64,000 bases of DNA, taken from positions 22,208,313 to 22,272,312 of the forward strand of contig NC_069004.1 of NCBI RefSeq assembly GCF_001194135.2, written 5' to 3'. Positions 50,803 to 63,838 of the stretch are shown one piece after another. Source of the stretch: Octopus bimaculoides (lineage: Eukaryota). A program made the position numbers and the translations under genes. A model generated the notes under the pieces. It saw only the letters and a list, made by a program, of their open reading frames with translations, ran no database searches and had not been told where the DNA came from. Numbering within the stretch: the stretch's first letter is position 1; every line of letters starts with the position of its first letter.

Positions 50803-51716
50803 ACATCATTATCATCATCCTCTCCTTTAACATCCGTTTTCCATGCTAGAATGGGTTGGATGGTTTCACCAGAGCTGGCAAGACAGAGAGCTACGCCAGG
50901 CTCCAGTCTGATTTGGCTTGGTTTCTACAGTTGGGTGCATTTAACATGCCACTGGCACAAGCGCTTTTACGTGGCACCAGCACAGGATTCTTGCAAGTCA
51001 ATCCTCTTCACCAGCAGGGAGAGCCTTAACATTTCTGTTGTGGAGTAAAGGTCATCTCAAGCACACACACACACACACACAAATAGATATCTCAGTCCAT
51101 TATCATCTCTAATATATATAGATATAATAATAATAATAATATCAAGGTTAATAAGAAATATTAGAAATTTCTACTACCTGTGGCCAAGCATGTAAAAATT
51201 TAGTCTATAGACTACATAAGGAGCTGCGCTTGCACGTTAGATTTGAAAAATTAGAATGTATAAGCATGGGGCATATACTGGATTGCCTCGTGTATATCTG
51301 TTTAATCTAGGTGCACCTACTCAACAAGACTTCGCTTAGCAAATTATTTTATTTGCTAAAATAAGTCAGAAACCATAGTCCAGGAGTTAGCTGGTAAATG
51401 TTTTTTATTTTTTATTCCCTTAAAAGTTTTATCCCCAATAGTGGTTTGGAACTTAGCTGTTCTTTCTAGTGTGTAAGGAATCCTATGATGGATACGTCTT
51501 ATGTGTTTAAATGTACACTGTATCTATCTATCTATATATATATATATATGATTGTGTAGTTAAGAAGTTCATTTTGCAACTCCGTGGGTTTCTGATTCAG
51601 TCACACAACACAGCATCTTCAGCATGTGTCTTCTACGATACCAGGCCAGCCTATGCCTTGTGAGTGAATTTGGCAGAAGAGAACTGTGTTGAAGCCTATC
51701 ATACAGATATATATAT

Positions 51717-53248
51717 CATCATCATCATTTAACATCCGCTTTCCATGCTGACATGGGTTGGACAGTTTGACTGAGGACTCATGAGCCAGAGGCTGCACCA
51801 GGCTCCAATCTGATCTGGCAAAGTTTCTACAGCTGGATGCCCTTCTTAACGCCAACCACTCTGAGAGTGTAGTGCGTGCTTTTATGTGCCACCGGCACGA
51901 GGGCTAGGCAGGTGGTAATGGCAACGACCACACTCATGCTCAAAAGGTATTTTTACATGCTACCTGCATGGGAGCCAGTCTGGCGGCACTGGCAACGACC
52001 ACACTCAAATGTTGTTTTTCACGTCCCACTGGCACATGTGCCAGTAAGGCGACGCTGGCAACGATCATGCTCAAATGGTACTTTTCACGTGTCACCAGCA
52101 CAGGAGCCAATCCGTGGCCTTGGCAACGATCAACTCGGATGTGCTTTTAACATTCCACTGGCATGAGTGCCAATCAGGCGGTACTGTTATCAGTCACGTC
52201 AGCGATTTTGGTTTGTTTACACTTGCCTCAATAGGTCTTCGCAAGCAAAGTTCATTGGCCAATAAAAGAGGGGTACTCATAAGTGGGCCGGTTACACCCC
52301 ACGTTCGGATGTGTTTTAACATTCCACTGGCACGAGTGCCAATCAGGTGGTACTGTCATTGGCCACGTCAGCAATTTTGATTTTGATTTCCTTGCCTCAA
52401 TAGGTTTTCACAAGCAAGGTTTATTGTCCAGTGAATGAGGGGTATTCATAAATGGGCTGGTTACACCCAGTGGCATAGGCCATGGGCTATGGTCTCACTT
52501 GGTTTGTCAGGTCTTCTCAAACACAGCATATCTCCAAAGGTCCCGGTCACTAGTCATTGCCTCGGTAAGGCCCAATGTTCGAAGGTCGTGCTTCAACCCC
52601 CCATCCCAGGTTTTCCTGGGTCTACCACTTCCACAGGTTCCCTCAACTGCTAGCGTGTGACACTTTTTCACACAGCTGTCCTCATTCATTCACAACACAT
52701 GACCATACCAGTGCAGTCGTCTCTCTTGCACACCACATCTGATGCTTCTTAAATCCAACTTTCCTCTCAGGGCGCTTACACTCTGTCGTGTATGCACACT
52801 GACATTACACATCCAGTGGAGCATACTGGCTTCATTCCTTGCAAGCTTACGCATATCCTCAACAGTCATGGCCCATGTTTCACTGCTATGTAGCATGGCA
52901 GTCCGCACACATGCGTCATACATTCTACCTTTTACTCTGAGCGAGAGGCCCTTTGTCACTAGCAGAGGTAGGAGCTCTCTGAACTTTGCCCAGGCTATTC
53001 TTATTCTAGCAGCCACACTTTCAGAGCATCCACCCCAGCTACTGGCTTGGCCCCCTACGTAACAGAAGCTATCAACCACTTCTAGTTTTTCTCCCTGGAT
53101 TGTGACAGAAGCTGTTCTCTGCACATCTTCAGTGTTTATAGCACCTGAGCATTTGCCACATACAAAAACTATCTTCCCAGTTAGCCTCCCTTTGATATTG
53201 CTGCACCTCTTATGCGTCCATAGCTTACACTGGGTACATCCTATGGAG
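51717..53248 (-). mobile_element. RTE LINE, 5'-truncated, ~1.5 kb, young
   Basis: ORF end at 52507-53248, 3' UTR with a minisatellite, and a (GAT)n tail. Both ends abut (TA)n. Confidence 0.95.
52507..53248 (-). pseudogene. RTE ORF C-terminus (RT motif 7/thumb) with PHD-like Cys/His module; one in-frame TGA
   Basis: CTQCKLWTHKRC...FVCGKC...GEKLEVVDSFCYVG...RIRIAWAKFREL...KGRMYDACVRTAMLHSSETW...RRLHWYGHVL*MNED...GRPRKTW. The stop sits where the 3207 copy has Arg, consistent with CpG decay. Confidence 0.92.
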
Positions 53249-53261
53249 ATATATATACATG

Positions 53262-53317
<56 letters not shown>

Positions 53318-53485
53318 CATATATATACATATCATCATCATCATCGTTTAACGTCCGCTTTCCATGCTAGCATGGGTTGGACGATTTGACTGAGGACTGG
53401 TGAAACCGGATGGCAACACCAGGCTCCAGTCTAATTTGGCAGAGTTTCTACAGCTGGATGCCCTTCCTAACGCCAACCACTCCAC

Positions 53486-53519
<34 letters not shown>

Positions 53520-53988
53520 ATATACATATATATATATACATGTGCATATATACATATATATATATATATACATATATACATATATACATACATATGTTCA
53601 CCTCTTCCTATTTGGTAACTAGTGTTGGTTTTACATCCCTATAACTTACCAGACTGGCAAAAAGAGACCAACAGAATAAGTATCAGATTTAAAAATAAAC
53701 ATTGGGGTTAATCTGTTTGAATAAGTCCTTCACAGTAGCAATCCCATATTTCTACAGCCCAAAGGCTGTAACACATAAAAGAATATACCTTTAGCTTTTA
53801 CCTGTTTCAATCACTGAATTGCAGCCTTGAAGGGTTTACTTGAAAAGATTGTCCCCAGTACTTATTTTCTAAAGTCTGGTACTTATCCTATTGGTGTCCT
53901 TTGCTGAACCACTAAGTTACATGAACACAAAAAGTCAACTCCAGTTGTCAAGCAGCAAGAAGACAAACAGGAACTCAAAGACACACAC

Positions 53989-54027
<39 letters not shown>

Positions 54028-54038
54028 TNNNNNNNNNN

Positions 54039-54079
<41 letters not shown>

Positions 54080-55107
54080 ATGGGCTTCCACACAGTTTCC
54101 ATCAACCAAATTCCCTTACAAGATATTGGCTGACCTGAGATTATAGAAGAAAACACCGACCCCAAGGTGCTGCACAGTGAGGTTGAACCCAAAACCACAT
54201 CCATTGCAAAGTGAGTTTCTTAACCACACAGCCATGCCAGCAACAAATACTGATAAGCTGTGCCAGCATGGACAAAAAGACAGAAAATGATTATGATGAT
54301 GATAATTATGATGACATAATTAAACAAATGCTGAATGACTCACATTTATTTATGTATCATTATATTATTAAATATTGGCATTTGCACATCTATATTTCCT
54401 TGCTGGCAACTTACGCCTTGTTTCTTTCTCCAAGTTTGGATGTTTACATGAATTGTTTCAGCAAATTTCTGTATTCTATTTTCTACTACAACCTAACATT
54501 CTACCAGCCCCATTCTTCTTAGCCACTAAATCTTATTCCTAATTCTATTTTCTACCCTACTTAGTAATCATCCATCAAAACCCATTCAACCATGAAGATA
54601 CAAAACTTGTGAGTCTTATTAAGAGTTGCTCTATTTTAATACCTACACCACATTGAGGCTCACAAACTGGAAGTTGTACCTTTCACTCTAAAAACCAATG
54701 CCTTTGGCACAATTTGATCTCATTGCCCTCAACATATGGAAACAAATATCTGAAACACTCAAGCATGATTAAACCAAGATAAGAATTACTCTCAACATTC
54801 TCTGGCAAAAGTTCAAAATTTGGATGAAAAACAGAACAAACATTTATAATTTTTAGTTGATTCCACTACTTATGCATTATTCTTTTTTTTTTTTTCTTTA
54901 ACTTGTTTCAGTCATTAGATTGAAGCCATGCTGGGGCACCACCTTGAAGAATTTTTTAGTTCAGCAAATCACTCCCAGTACTTATCTTTTTGTTAAAACT
55001 AGGTACTTATTCTATTGTAATCTTTTGCTGAACTGCTAACTTAAAGGGATGTAAACACACCAACACCAGTTGTCAAGCAGTGGTGGGGGACAAACATATA
55101 CACAAAG

Positions 55108-55141
<34 letters not shown>

Positions 55142-55514
55142 CAGGCTGCCTTCAGTTTCCATCTACCAAATCCAATTACAAGGCTTTGGTTGGCCTGAGG
55201 CTGTAGTAGAAGACACTTGCTCAATTTGCCATGCAATGGGACTGAACCCAGAATCATGTAGTTAGGAAGCAGACTTATTATCACACAGCTACACCTGCAC
55301 TATGTGTATATTTATTTTTTGCTGTTGTTTTTAAAAGCCTCCTGCCCTTTCCCTGCTTGGTTTTTTGTCTTGCTTCAGATCTTCTTTGATAGAGTCATCC
55401 TCCGTTCAAATGCATACCACTTGTCTTCAGAACACTGTTTGTGCAATAAGAATGTTAAAATCCTATAGATTAGAAAAAAATATTCTGAAGTCATGTCCAG
55501 CCTAAAGAAATGCT

Positions 55515-55551
<37 letters not shown>

Positions 55552-56344
55552 CTTTTATCTGTTTCTTGTTTCAGTCATTGGACACCAACTTGAACTTTTA
55601 GTTGAATGAATTTGGTTCCAATACTTTTTTTTTCAAGCCTGGTACTTATTCTATCAGTCTCAAACTGCTAAGTGACGGGAATGTAGACACATCAAAACCA
55701 CTGTCAATCAATGGTGGGGGACAAACAGACACAGAGACAAATATGTGCAGGTATGCACGTGCATGCAGGCACACACACACACACACACAACAGGTTTCTT
55801 TCAGTCTTTGTCTACCAAATCCACTCACATAACTTTGGTTGGCCAGAAGTCATAATAGAAGACACTTGCCCAAGGTGCCACACAATAGGATTGAACCGGG
55901 AACAATACACACACACATATACACTTTATGTCATTTGATTTACTATATCTAACAAGTTGTCCTGAGTTGTTTTAGCCTCAGGTCAATGATTCAGCAGACC
56001 TATGAACAAACACATTTCAAACATGGCCACTCGGACCTTTTATTGGGGGGTGCGGGAGGGAGTCTCTGGGGCAACATTATCTAATGTATCATTCCCTTTT
56101 TTTTTTTCAAGATAGCAGGTAGTGACTTAAAGGAGATGCAGTTGCTATTTCTAGCAGGTGGATCAGAGGGAAATATATTTTAGTATCATGTGCAATTTAC
56201 GAGTACAGAAGAATTTGTGTAACTGCATCTGGGTTGAGAATAATAATGAACATTTAATATAATAGGTATGCATGCTGTGATTACACTGAGAAACACTAAT
56301 TAAAATGTAAGTGAAGGGCTCTGGTGTAGAGGTTCCCTTACAAG

Positions 56345-56526
56345 GTCTACTGCAAATGGATGGTAGAGAAGATGACCAGATAGTTAATGATGTTTCTAGT
56401 TTGGTTGCAGTAGAGTTTAGTCCTAATATGGTTCCACTTTCACTTTTATCATGCCACAAAGAAACAGAGGACACAATTATCTCTGTACATGCATTCATGG
56501 TCGAAACTCTTGTACACACAAAATAA
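56345..56526 (+). CDS. Weak candidate coding segment in unique sequence
   Basis: LLQMDGREDDQIVNDVSSLVAVEFSPNMVPLSLLSCHKETEDTIISVHAFMVETLVHTK*. The antisense frame is also open (126 aa). The acceptor is weak and I recognise no homology. Confidence 0.15.
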
Positions 56527-56753
56527 GAGATAAAAAGATGCACAGGAAAATAATTAGCTGCTCCATTTTTTTATAATTGCTTTGTCATGTGTGGCTGAGC
56601 TGTGTGATTAAGAAGTTTGCTTCTCAACCACATGGTTTCAGTTTCACCACATTGCACCTTGGGTATGCATGTTCCATTATAGCCTCAGTCCAACCAAAGC
56701 CTTGTAAGTGGATACTTACCTTGTATGGTAGACAGAAATTACAAGAAATCCAT

Positions 56754-56810
<57 letters not shown>

Positions 56811-58332
56811 NNNNNNNNNNNNNNNNNNNNNNNNNNNNNNNNNNNNNNNNNNNNNNNNNNNNNNNNNNNNNNNNNNNNNNNNNNNNNNNNNNNNNNNNNN
56901 NNNNNNNNNNNNNNNNNNNNNNNNNNNNNNNNNNNNNNNNNNNNNNNNNNNNNNNNNNNNNNNNNNNNNNNNNNNNNNNNNNNNNNNNNNNNNNNNNNNN
57001 NNNNNNNNNNNNNNNNNNNNNNNNNNNNNNNNNNNNNNNNNNNNNNNNNNNNNNNNNNNNNNNNNNNNNNNNNNNNNNNNNNNNNNNNNNNNNNNNNNNN
57101 NNNNNNNNNNNNNNNNNNNNNNNNNNNNNNNNNNNNNNNNNNNNNNNNNNNNNNNNNNNNNNNNNNNNNNNNNNNNNNNNNNNNNNNNNNNNNNNNNNNN
57201 NNNNNNNNNNNNNNNNNNNNNNNNNNNNNNNNNNNNNNNNNNNNNNNNNNNNNNNNNNNNNNNNNNNNNNNNNNNNNNNNNNNNNNNNNNNNNNNNNNNN
57301 NNNNNNNNNNNNNNNNNNNNNNNNNNNNNNNNNNNNNNNNNNNNNNNNNNNNNNNNNNNNNNNNNNNNNNNNNNNNNNNNNNNNNNNNNNNNNNNNNNNN
57401 NNNNNNNNNNNNNNNNNNNNNNNNNNNNNNNNNNNNNNNNNNNNNNNNNNNNNNNNNNNNNNNNNNNNNNNTCTGTTTATGTATTATATATATATTTCAA
57501 AAACAAGGATGCTGGAAAGTGAGAAGATAAGAGAAAAAGAAGAAAAGTGTGAAGATGGTTGATCCATAAACAGAGTCTGAAAGATTGCTTGGAAGTACAT
57601 GGCATATTTTATAAATATGTCTAGTTGAAGTATCATAAAAGCATGAAACTATTAGTAGCTCTTTCAGTTGTATATTAAACTGATATATATATATATATAT
57701 ATATCTAAAATGTATATTTGTATGTGTATGTGTGGTGTGTATGTATGTGTGCATATGTGACCTTTTTGCGATTTTTGTAAATGCATGTCATTCATTTCCA
57801 ATGTTCTATAAAATCCTGTCTAACCATGGTGAAACATTACCTTACTTAGAAATAGGTAAGTGTTGACAACAGGAAGAGCACCCAACCATAAAAGACATCT
57901 GTCCCAACAAACTTTATCCAATCCATGCAAGCATGGAAAGATTTAAATGATGATGAGGCACCCAAGGACCAGATGATGATGGATTAAACTTACCACACAA
58001 GAAATCAGCATGTAAAGAGGTGGAACAATACCACAAGGTGTCTCATGCAACGATCCAACAATTCTGCCTTAGATATGTACTTTATTTTATCAACCTTGAA
58101 AGACAAAACTATCTTGACAAGATCTGAACTTATAAATCCAATGAACTAGAACAAATACCTCAAAGTATTTTGTCCTATGCTCTAATGATTCTAAGCTTGC
58201 TTCCCAACCACATGGTTCCAGGTTCAGTCCCACTGCATGGCACCTAGGGAAAGTGTATTCTAGTATAGCCTCAGGCTGGTCAAAGCCTTGTGAGTGGACT
58301 TAGTTATTGGAAACTGAAAGAAGCCTGTTATA

Positions 58333-58367
<35 letters not shown>

Positions 58368-58575
58368 TCCACCACTGCTTGACAACTAGTGTTGGTTTGT
58401 TTATGTCCTCATAACTTAGTGGTTTGGCAAAAAGAAACTGATAGAATAAATACCAAGCTTTTAAAAAATAAGTACTGGGGTCAATTCATTCAACTAAAAG
58501 TTCTTCAAGGTGGTGTTCCAGCATGGCCACAGTCAAATTACTGGAACAGATAAAAGATATATATATACATATGTA

Positions 58576-58608
<33 letters not shown>

Positions 58609-58614
58609 CTGGTG

Positions 58615-58850
58615 TTTCCTTGTCATGACATTGTGCATTGTGTGATTGTTTGCAAGAGAGTGTCACTGTCATACAAGCAATGTCCTTTAGTTCCAATCTT
58701 CTGCGCAAACAACATCTCGTGGCAGGGAAATATTACCTTATTTAGAAACAAGCAAGTGTTAGCAACAGAAAGGGCATCCAGCCATAGAAAATCCGTCTCA
58801 ACAAATTCCATCTGACCCATGAATGCATGGAAAAGTGGGCATTAAGATGA
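58615..58850 (+). mobile_element. SINE-like body D ending in an RTE-type 3' terminus
   Basis: ...ggaaatattaccttatttagaaacaag...aagggcatccagccatagaaaat...gcatggaaaagtgggcattaagatgatg. Relatives at 41140-41345(-), 57780-57955(+), 63840-64000(+) and 48040-48150(-). Confidence 0.75.
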
Positions 58851-60764
58851 TGAGGATTTTCATTCAGTTCACGGATACTTTTGTCACAAGGAATGCAAAA
58901 ACGCTCACAGCATTGATTTTTATGCATATTGTTTGACGTGTTGATGAAAAAAAAATAAGTACCAACTATATACAGGTAAATTTACTAGGTTTAACTAAAA
59001 TTAACTATTTGCCATCTTCCTACTTCCATCTAAACAGGGGAAAGAATGAATAAGTGGTGCCATGCAGAGAGAGGGGGGAGAGTGAAAGACAGAGAGACAG
59101 AGAGAGAGACAGAGAGAGAGAGAAGGGAGATTGAAAGACAGAGGAGAGAGAGAGAGAGATTGAAAGACAGAGGAGAGAGAGAGGGAGAGATCAATATCAG
59201 GTTTACTCTAATATAGCAATGAAATCTGACCATATTTTCATTGCAAAGAGAAATGGTACTATTTATTATGGGAGACTCACACATGCACCCAAACACACAC
59301 ACACACACACACACATACAAGCACACAGTACTGTGTTTATTTACAATATCATCACAATACAAGCTACCAAGTACAAATCTCTGGAGGCTAGTAAGATAGG
59401 AAAAGGAGTGGGTAGAGGTACAAGTAAAGAAGAAGTACAGATGTGTGGAAACTGAAGGTGGCAGGGAGAAGAGTAAATGATTCTAACGAAATTAATAAAA
59501 AAAAAAAAAAAGACTTGCTAAAAGCTAATGAGTTGGGTTTTGTTTATTTTTTTTTTGTTTTGTTTTGGAATTCATGGCATCATCATTACCACTTCTCTAA
59601 CCAACACCTCCCCTTTTATTACTTCACCCTGTATCATCACTACCAACTCCTCCCCAACATCATCTCTACCACTTCCACTTATATCATCACTAACACTACC
59701 ACCTCTTCCTCTAGCAGTAACATAAAAATACTTTAAAAAGAAGAATATGAAATTGTAATTATACAACATGATACAAATGTGAAGGCATCATTACCATCAT
59801 GTGGACAATAGATCAGTAGAAATGGTACAGCAAGCAATGGACAGATAGAGTCACCTAGAAGTAATTGAGCACTTTGGTATTTAAACCAACAATCTCAAGA
59901 CCAGATATTCTACCTATTTTAGGTTCAATCTGACCAGATCCAGCTTCTCACATCTATCCTACACTTGTCATTCAAGAAATATACAATCACAGTATCCAAA
60001 TCCTGAAGCTACAAGATAGTATGGGATTAATTCAAAACAAAATGATTAAATAAGCATTATATTTGACAGAATAATTTGAATGCTAAAGGGTTAAATTCTG
60101 ATTTCAACCCAGAATTTAAGGAGCAAGAGTGACAGTTTTGTCAACCTATAGAATGTGGGCCAAAATAACAATTATTCCTCTTACTCCCTCCGGCTACATG
60201 AAAAAGCTGTGAAGTTGTGCCTATGTTAGAATTTATTATCATTATTAAGTATCTGTGTAATTATCTTCATCACCACTCACAAGGCTGACAGAATTGTTAG
60301 CATGTTATCATTTCTTCCAACTTTATGTTCTGAGTTCAAATTTCACCACGATCAACTTTGCTTCCATCTTTTCAGTGTTGATAAGTGGAGTTGCTGTAAT
60401 TGACTGTCTCCCACTCATAAAATTTCAAGCCTTGTGCCTATTTTAGAAAGAATCATCATCTTCATTACCATCATTAAAATCATCTTCATCCGTACCCTAA
60501 CAGACTACTATTATGATCAACTGATTTTAGAGTTTAAAACATTAAGAAAATAAGTTTTTTAAAGGTGATAAGGGAAAATTTATTAAGGAAGAGGTCAAGA
60601 CTTGGAAGCTACCTTTGAGCAGGTTGTCTAGTCACAGATCAGCTTTGATTCAGCAAGACACCTTATGATCTCTGAACATTTCATCTTTATCTCAAACATA
60701 ATGTATCTGGGACAACATTACTCAATGTGTTGTTCCTTAAGAAGGTCATGTTGACCATGTAGAG

Positions 60765-61096
60765 CAATGGTTCTCAACCAGGGTCTATATGACCCCTGGG
60801 GATCCATATAAGAAGTGGGGTGGGGAACACACAAGCAAAATAGCACATTGGGGATCCACTGTAGTATTTCAAGGATCTGTGAAAAAAATTTGCTTTAGAT
60901 GTGTTTATTGCAAGAAACAGTTAAGTTTGTTAGTATATGTTTTATAAAGTTCAACCTAAATAAATTAATGTGTAAAAAACAAAACAAGAATTTTGAAACT
61001 AATTTTTGAACATTGAATGGTTATGGGGGTCCACCAGAGTAAAATAGTAATCCAAGAGGTCCATAGATAAAAAAAAAAAATTGTTGAGAACCACTG
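60765..61096. mobile_element. hAT (Charlie-like) MITE with perfect TSD
   Basis: TIRs caatggttctcaac / gttgagaaccactg, with the 8-bp TSD atgtagag on both sides (60757-60764 and 61097-61104) and a central TA. Confidence 0.92.
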
Positions 61097-61711
61097 ATGT
61101 AGAGGCTCCATTAAGGACCCATGGGTTGTTGCTTAGACAGTCCTGATTCAGCAGTTATATGATTAAATAAGTTTCAACTGTGACCATTCTGTCTTTTATT
61201 TAGACATGGTGTAGCTAAGACAACATTAGCCAATGTATTCTCTCTTTTTTAAAATAGTATTATGTGATTTGGATGAGAATTGACTGCTATTTCTAATAAA
61301 TGATCACTCTTTTGCTGGTTTGTTATGTGCAAGATCTAATGATTGGGTAGAAAAACTAACCCTATAACTGCAAACCAAAATACTTTCTGTAGTCACATGA
61401 CCAACTTAATACAAAAAAAAAAAAGACCTTGTGCTGGTTTTAAAAAAATGGACCCTATGTCCTGAAAACAGATTATCCACAATAAAGATTAGATAGCTGC
61501 AGAAAGAACATTAATTTTACAACCTACATAGAAGTGTTGGATAGATTATCTTTGCATATCCAAAGTATTGGACATACAAAGAATTTATCAAACCCAATCC
61601 TTCCACATCAATTTGCTTTATTCCAGCATGTCTGTCACACAAATCTAAATAGCTTTTGATCTCATAATGACACCATCAGTGAAACAGACGTTTATTAATC
61701 TAACATTGCAG

Positions 61712-61780
61712 TTGATGAACAATACATCATTGATTACTGGTTTCCCATAAAGTAAACACTGATTTCGTTCATTGCTTATG
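61712..61780 (+). other. Candidate short exon with early stop
   Basis: Branch-like ctaac, ttgcag| ... ttatg|GTGAGT, 69 nt. The best frame is DEQYIIDYWFPIK*. Confidence 0.2.
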
Positions 61781-63490
61781 GTGAGTGTGACAAGGGAGCA
61801 TCAATAACTCAGTGCAAAACAAATATTGGAAAGAACTTCATTTGTAAAATAGTGGCACTTCAGTTTACATCAGTAAACACACACATAACTGGCTTCCACA
61901 GTTTCATTCAAACAAATTTCACTCACAAGGCATGTGGCATGTTGTACGAGAAAACCCACCCACCACAACAGAATTGAGATCCTAAAACCAAGGTGTAAAA
62001 TGCGCTGGTGCTGGTGCCACGTAAAAAGCCTCCAGTACACTCTGTAAAGTGGTTGGCATTAGGAAGGGTATCCAGCCATAGAAACCAAGCCAAAACAGAC
62101 TATGGAATCTGGTGCAACCCATGGCCTTACCAGTCCCTGTCAAGCCATCCAACCCATACCAGCATGGAAAACGGACATTAAATGTTGTTGATGATGATGA
62201 TGAAGGTATTAATCAACTCAAATAAATGGTTAAAAAAAACACTTGCCCAAGGAAATGCACAGTAAATCAAATCCATTTTTCTTTCTTTTTCTGATTTTTA
62301 TATCTAAATATAGGAGACTGTAATTGAGTTAGGGGTAGGACAACATAGCTATATTTAAAATCAAATTTAACGTCAATATTTTAAATTTAACTACCTGTCT
62401 CTCTATCCACCTATCTATATATCATTAGCTATTGTTGTTACCAGGAGGAACAAATATATATTGTGAGATTTGTAACTCTGTCTATGAATTTATTCTTGTA
62501 AAATAATGCAGTCATTCTTTAACACCTCTGTCAAAATTCTTCCAGTAAAGTTGTCAGCATATTTGGTGAGTAAGTTCCATCTGTGCAAGATAGAGACTAG
62601 AACTGAGAAACAAAAGCTCTTTCATATTTAGCATGGAATATAAAAAGAAATAAATGAAAAAACAAAAACAGTGAATCACATTAAGCAAGAGAAGAAAGCA
62701 ACTCCCAAAGATATGAAGAAACAGAGGTCAATAACCAGGTCATTAGATTTACACATACACATATACACATACATACACATATACACATACACATATACAC
62801 ATACACATAGACATAAACAAGAAATAAAGTCTGAGACTATTTCAAACTTTCCTTCTTTTCTACAGCACTCCCACATTACGAAGCATTGCGTTCTTGAAAA
62901 TCATGTTGCAACATAGAATTCCATCATGCAAAACCTATTTTCCCATGGATTTCCATGTTGCTTTGAAGGCAATAAAAATGGAAGTTAATAGAAAAATGAG
63001 TTTTGCATGATGGAATTTCAAGTTAAGGCAAACTTTATGGGAATACAGTATTTCCATTGTGCATATGTGTGGGGTGGAAAGCCTATAAATAGTTGTATCT
63101 TAAAACGTGCATGTGTGTGGTCTATGTTGTAGTGTGTGTGTGTGTTTCAAAAGTCTTTAGTGATTTTATAAGTAGCATCTCCATGGATAATTAATGATAC
63201 TCAATCATGGATAAAATCACCATATAGGGCTGAAAAAAGTCAAGCTGATCCCTTTTTTTTTTTTACCCACAAAGATATACACAAACATGGAATTTTACAT
63301 CTGTCTAGTATGCAGTGTTGGCTAAAAAAAAATGTAGATATATATCAGCACAAGCATGACTTAAAAATTTAGAAGCTTGCTTCTTCACCATGTGGTCCCA
63401 GGTTCAATCCCACTGTGTGACACCTTGGGCAAGTGTCTTCCATTACATCCTTGTGCATAAATTTAGTAGAGAGACGCTGAAAGAAGCTCA

Positions 63491-63532
<42 letters not shown>

Positions 63533-63602
63533 ATGAATGTATGTATGAGTATGTGTTTATGTCTGTGTCACTTTACCCTGACATCATATGATTGGTATAA
63601 GT

Positions 63603-63838
63603 CAGTGGTTTTCAACCCTTTTCTGCCTATGGACCCCTTTGATTCCTATTTTACTCTACTGGACCGCCATAGCAATTCAATGTGTGTAAAAAATCCTACT
63701 GTATTTTTATAACTGAATATTATTAGCACTGAATGGAAAAAATGTTAAAATATTTTGTGTATTGTAGAACTATAAGCAATTAATGGCACATAAATTTTAA
63801 CAATAAGCTCTTATATGGACTCCGATTGAGAACCACTG
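63603..63838. mobile_element. hAT MITE nested in a SINE
   Basis: TIRs cagtggttttcaa / ttgagaaccactg with flanks gtataagt / gtgtaaat (6 of 8 match). It splits a head-A + body-D SINE. Confidence 0.85.

Noticed and set aside
51338-51361. Inverted repeat ttagcaaat...atttgctaa resembling paired octamer sites
   Set aside because: A 9-bp AT-rich stem is expected by chance in this composition.
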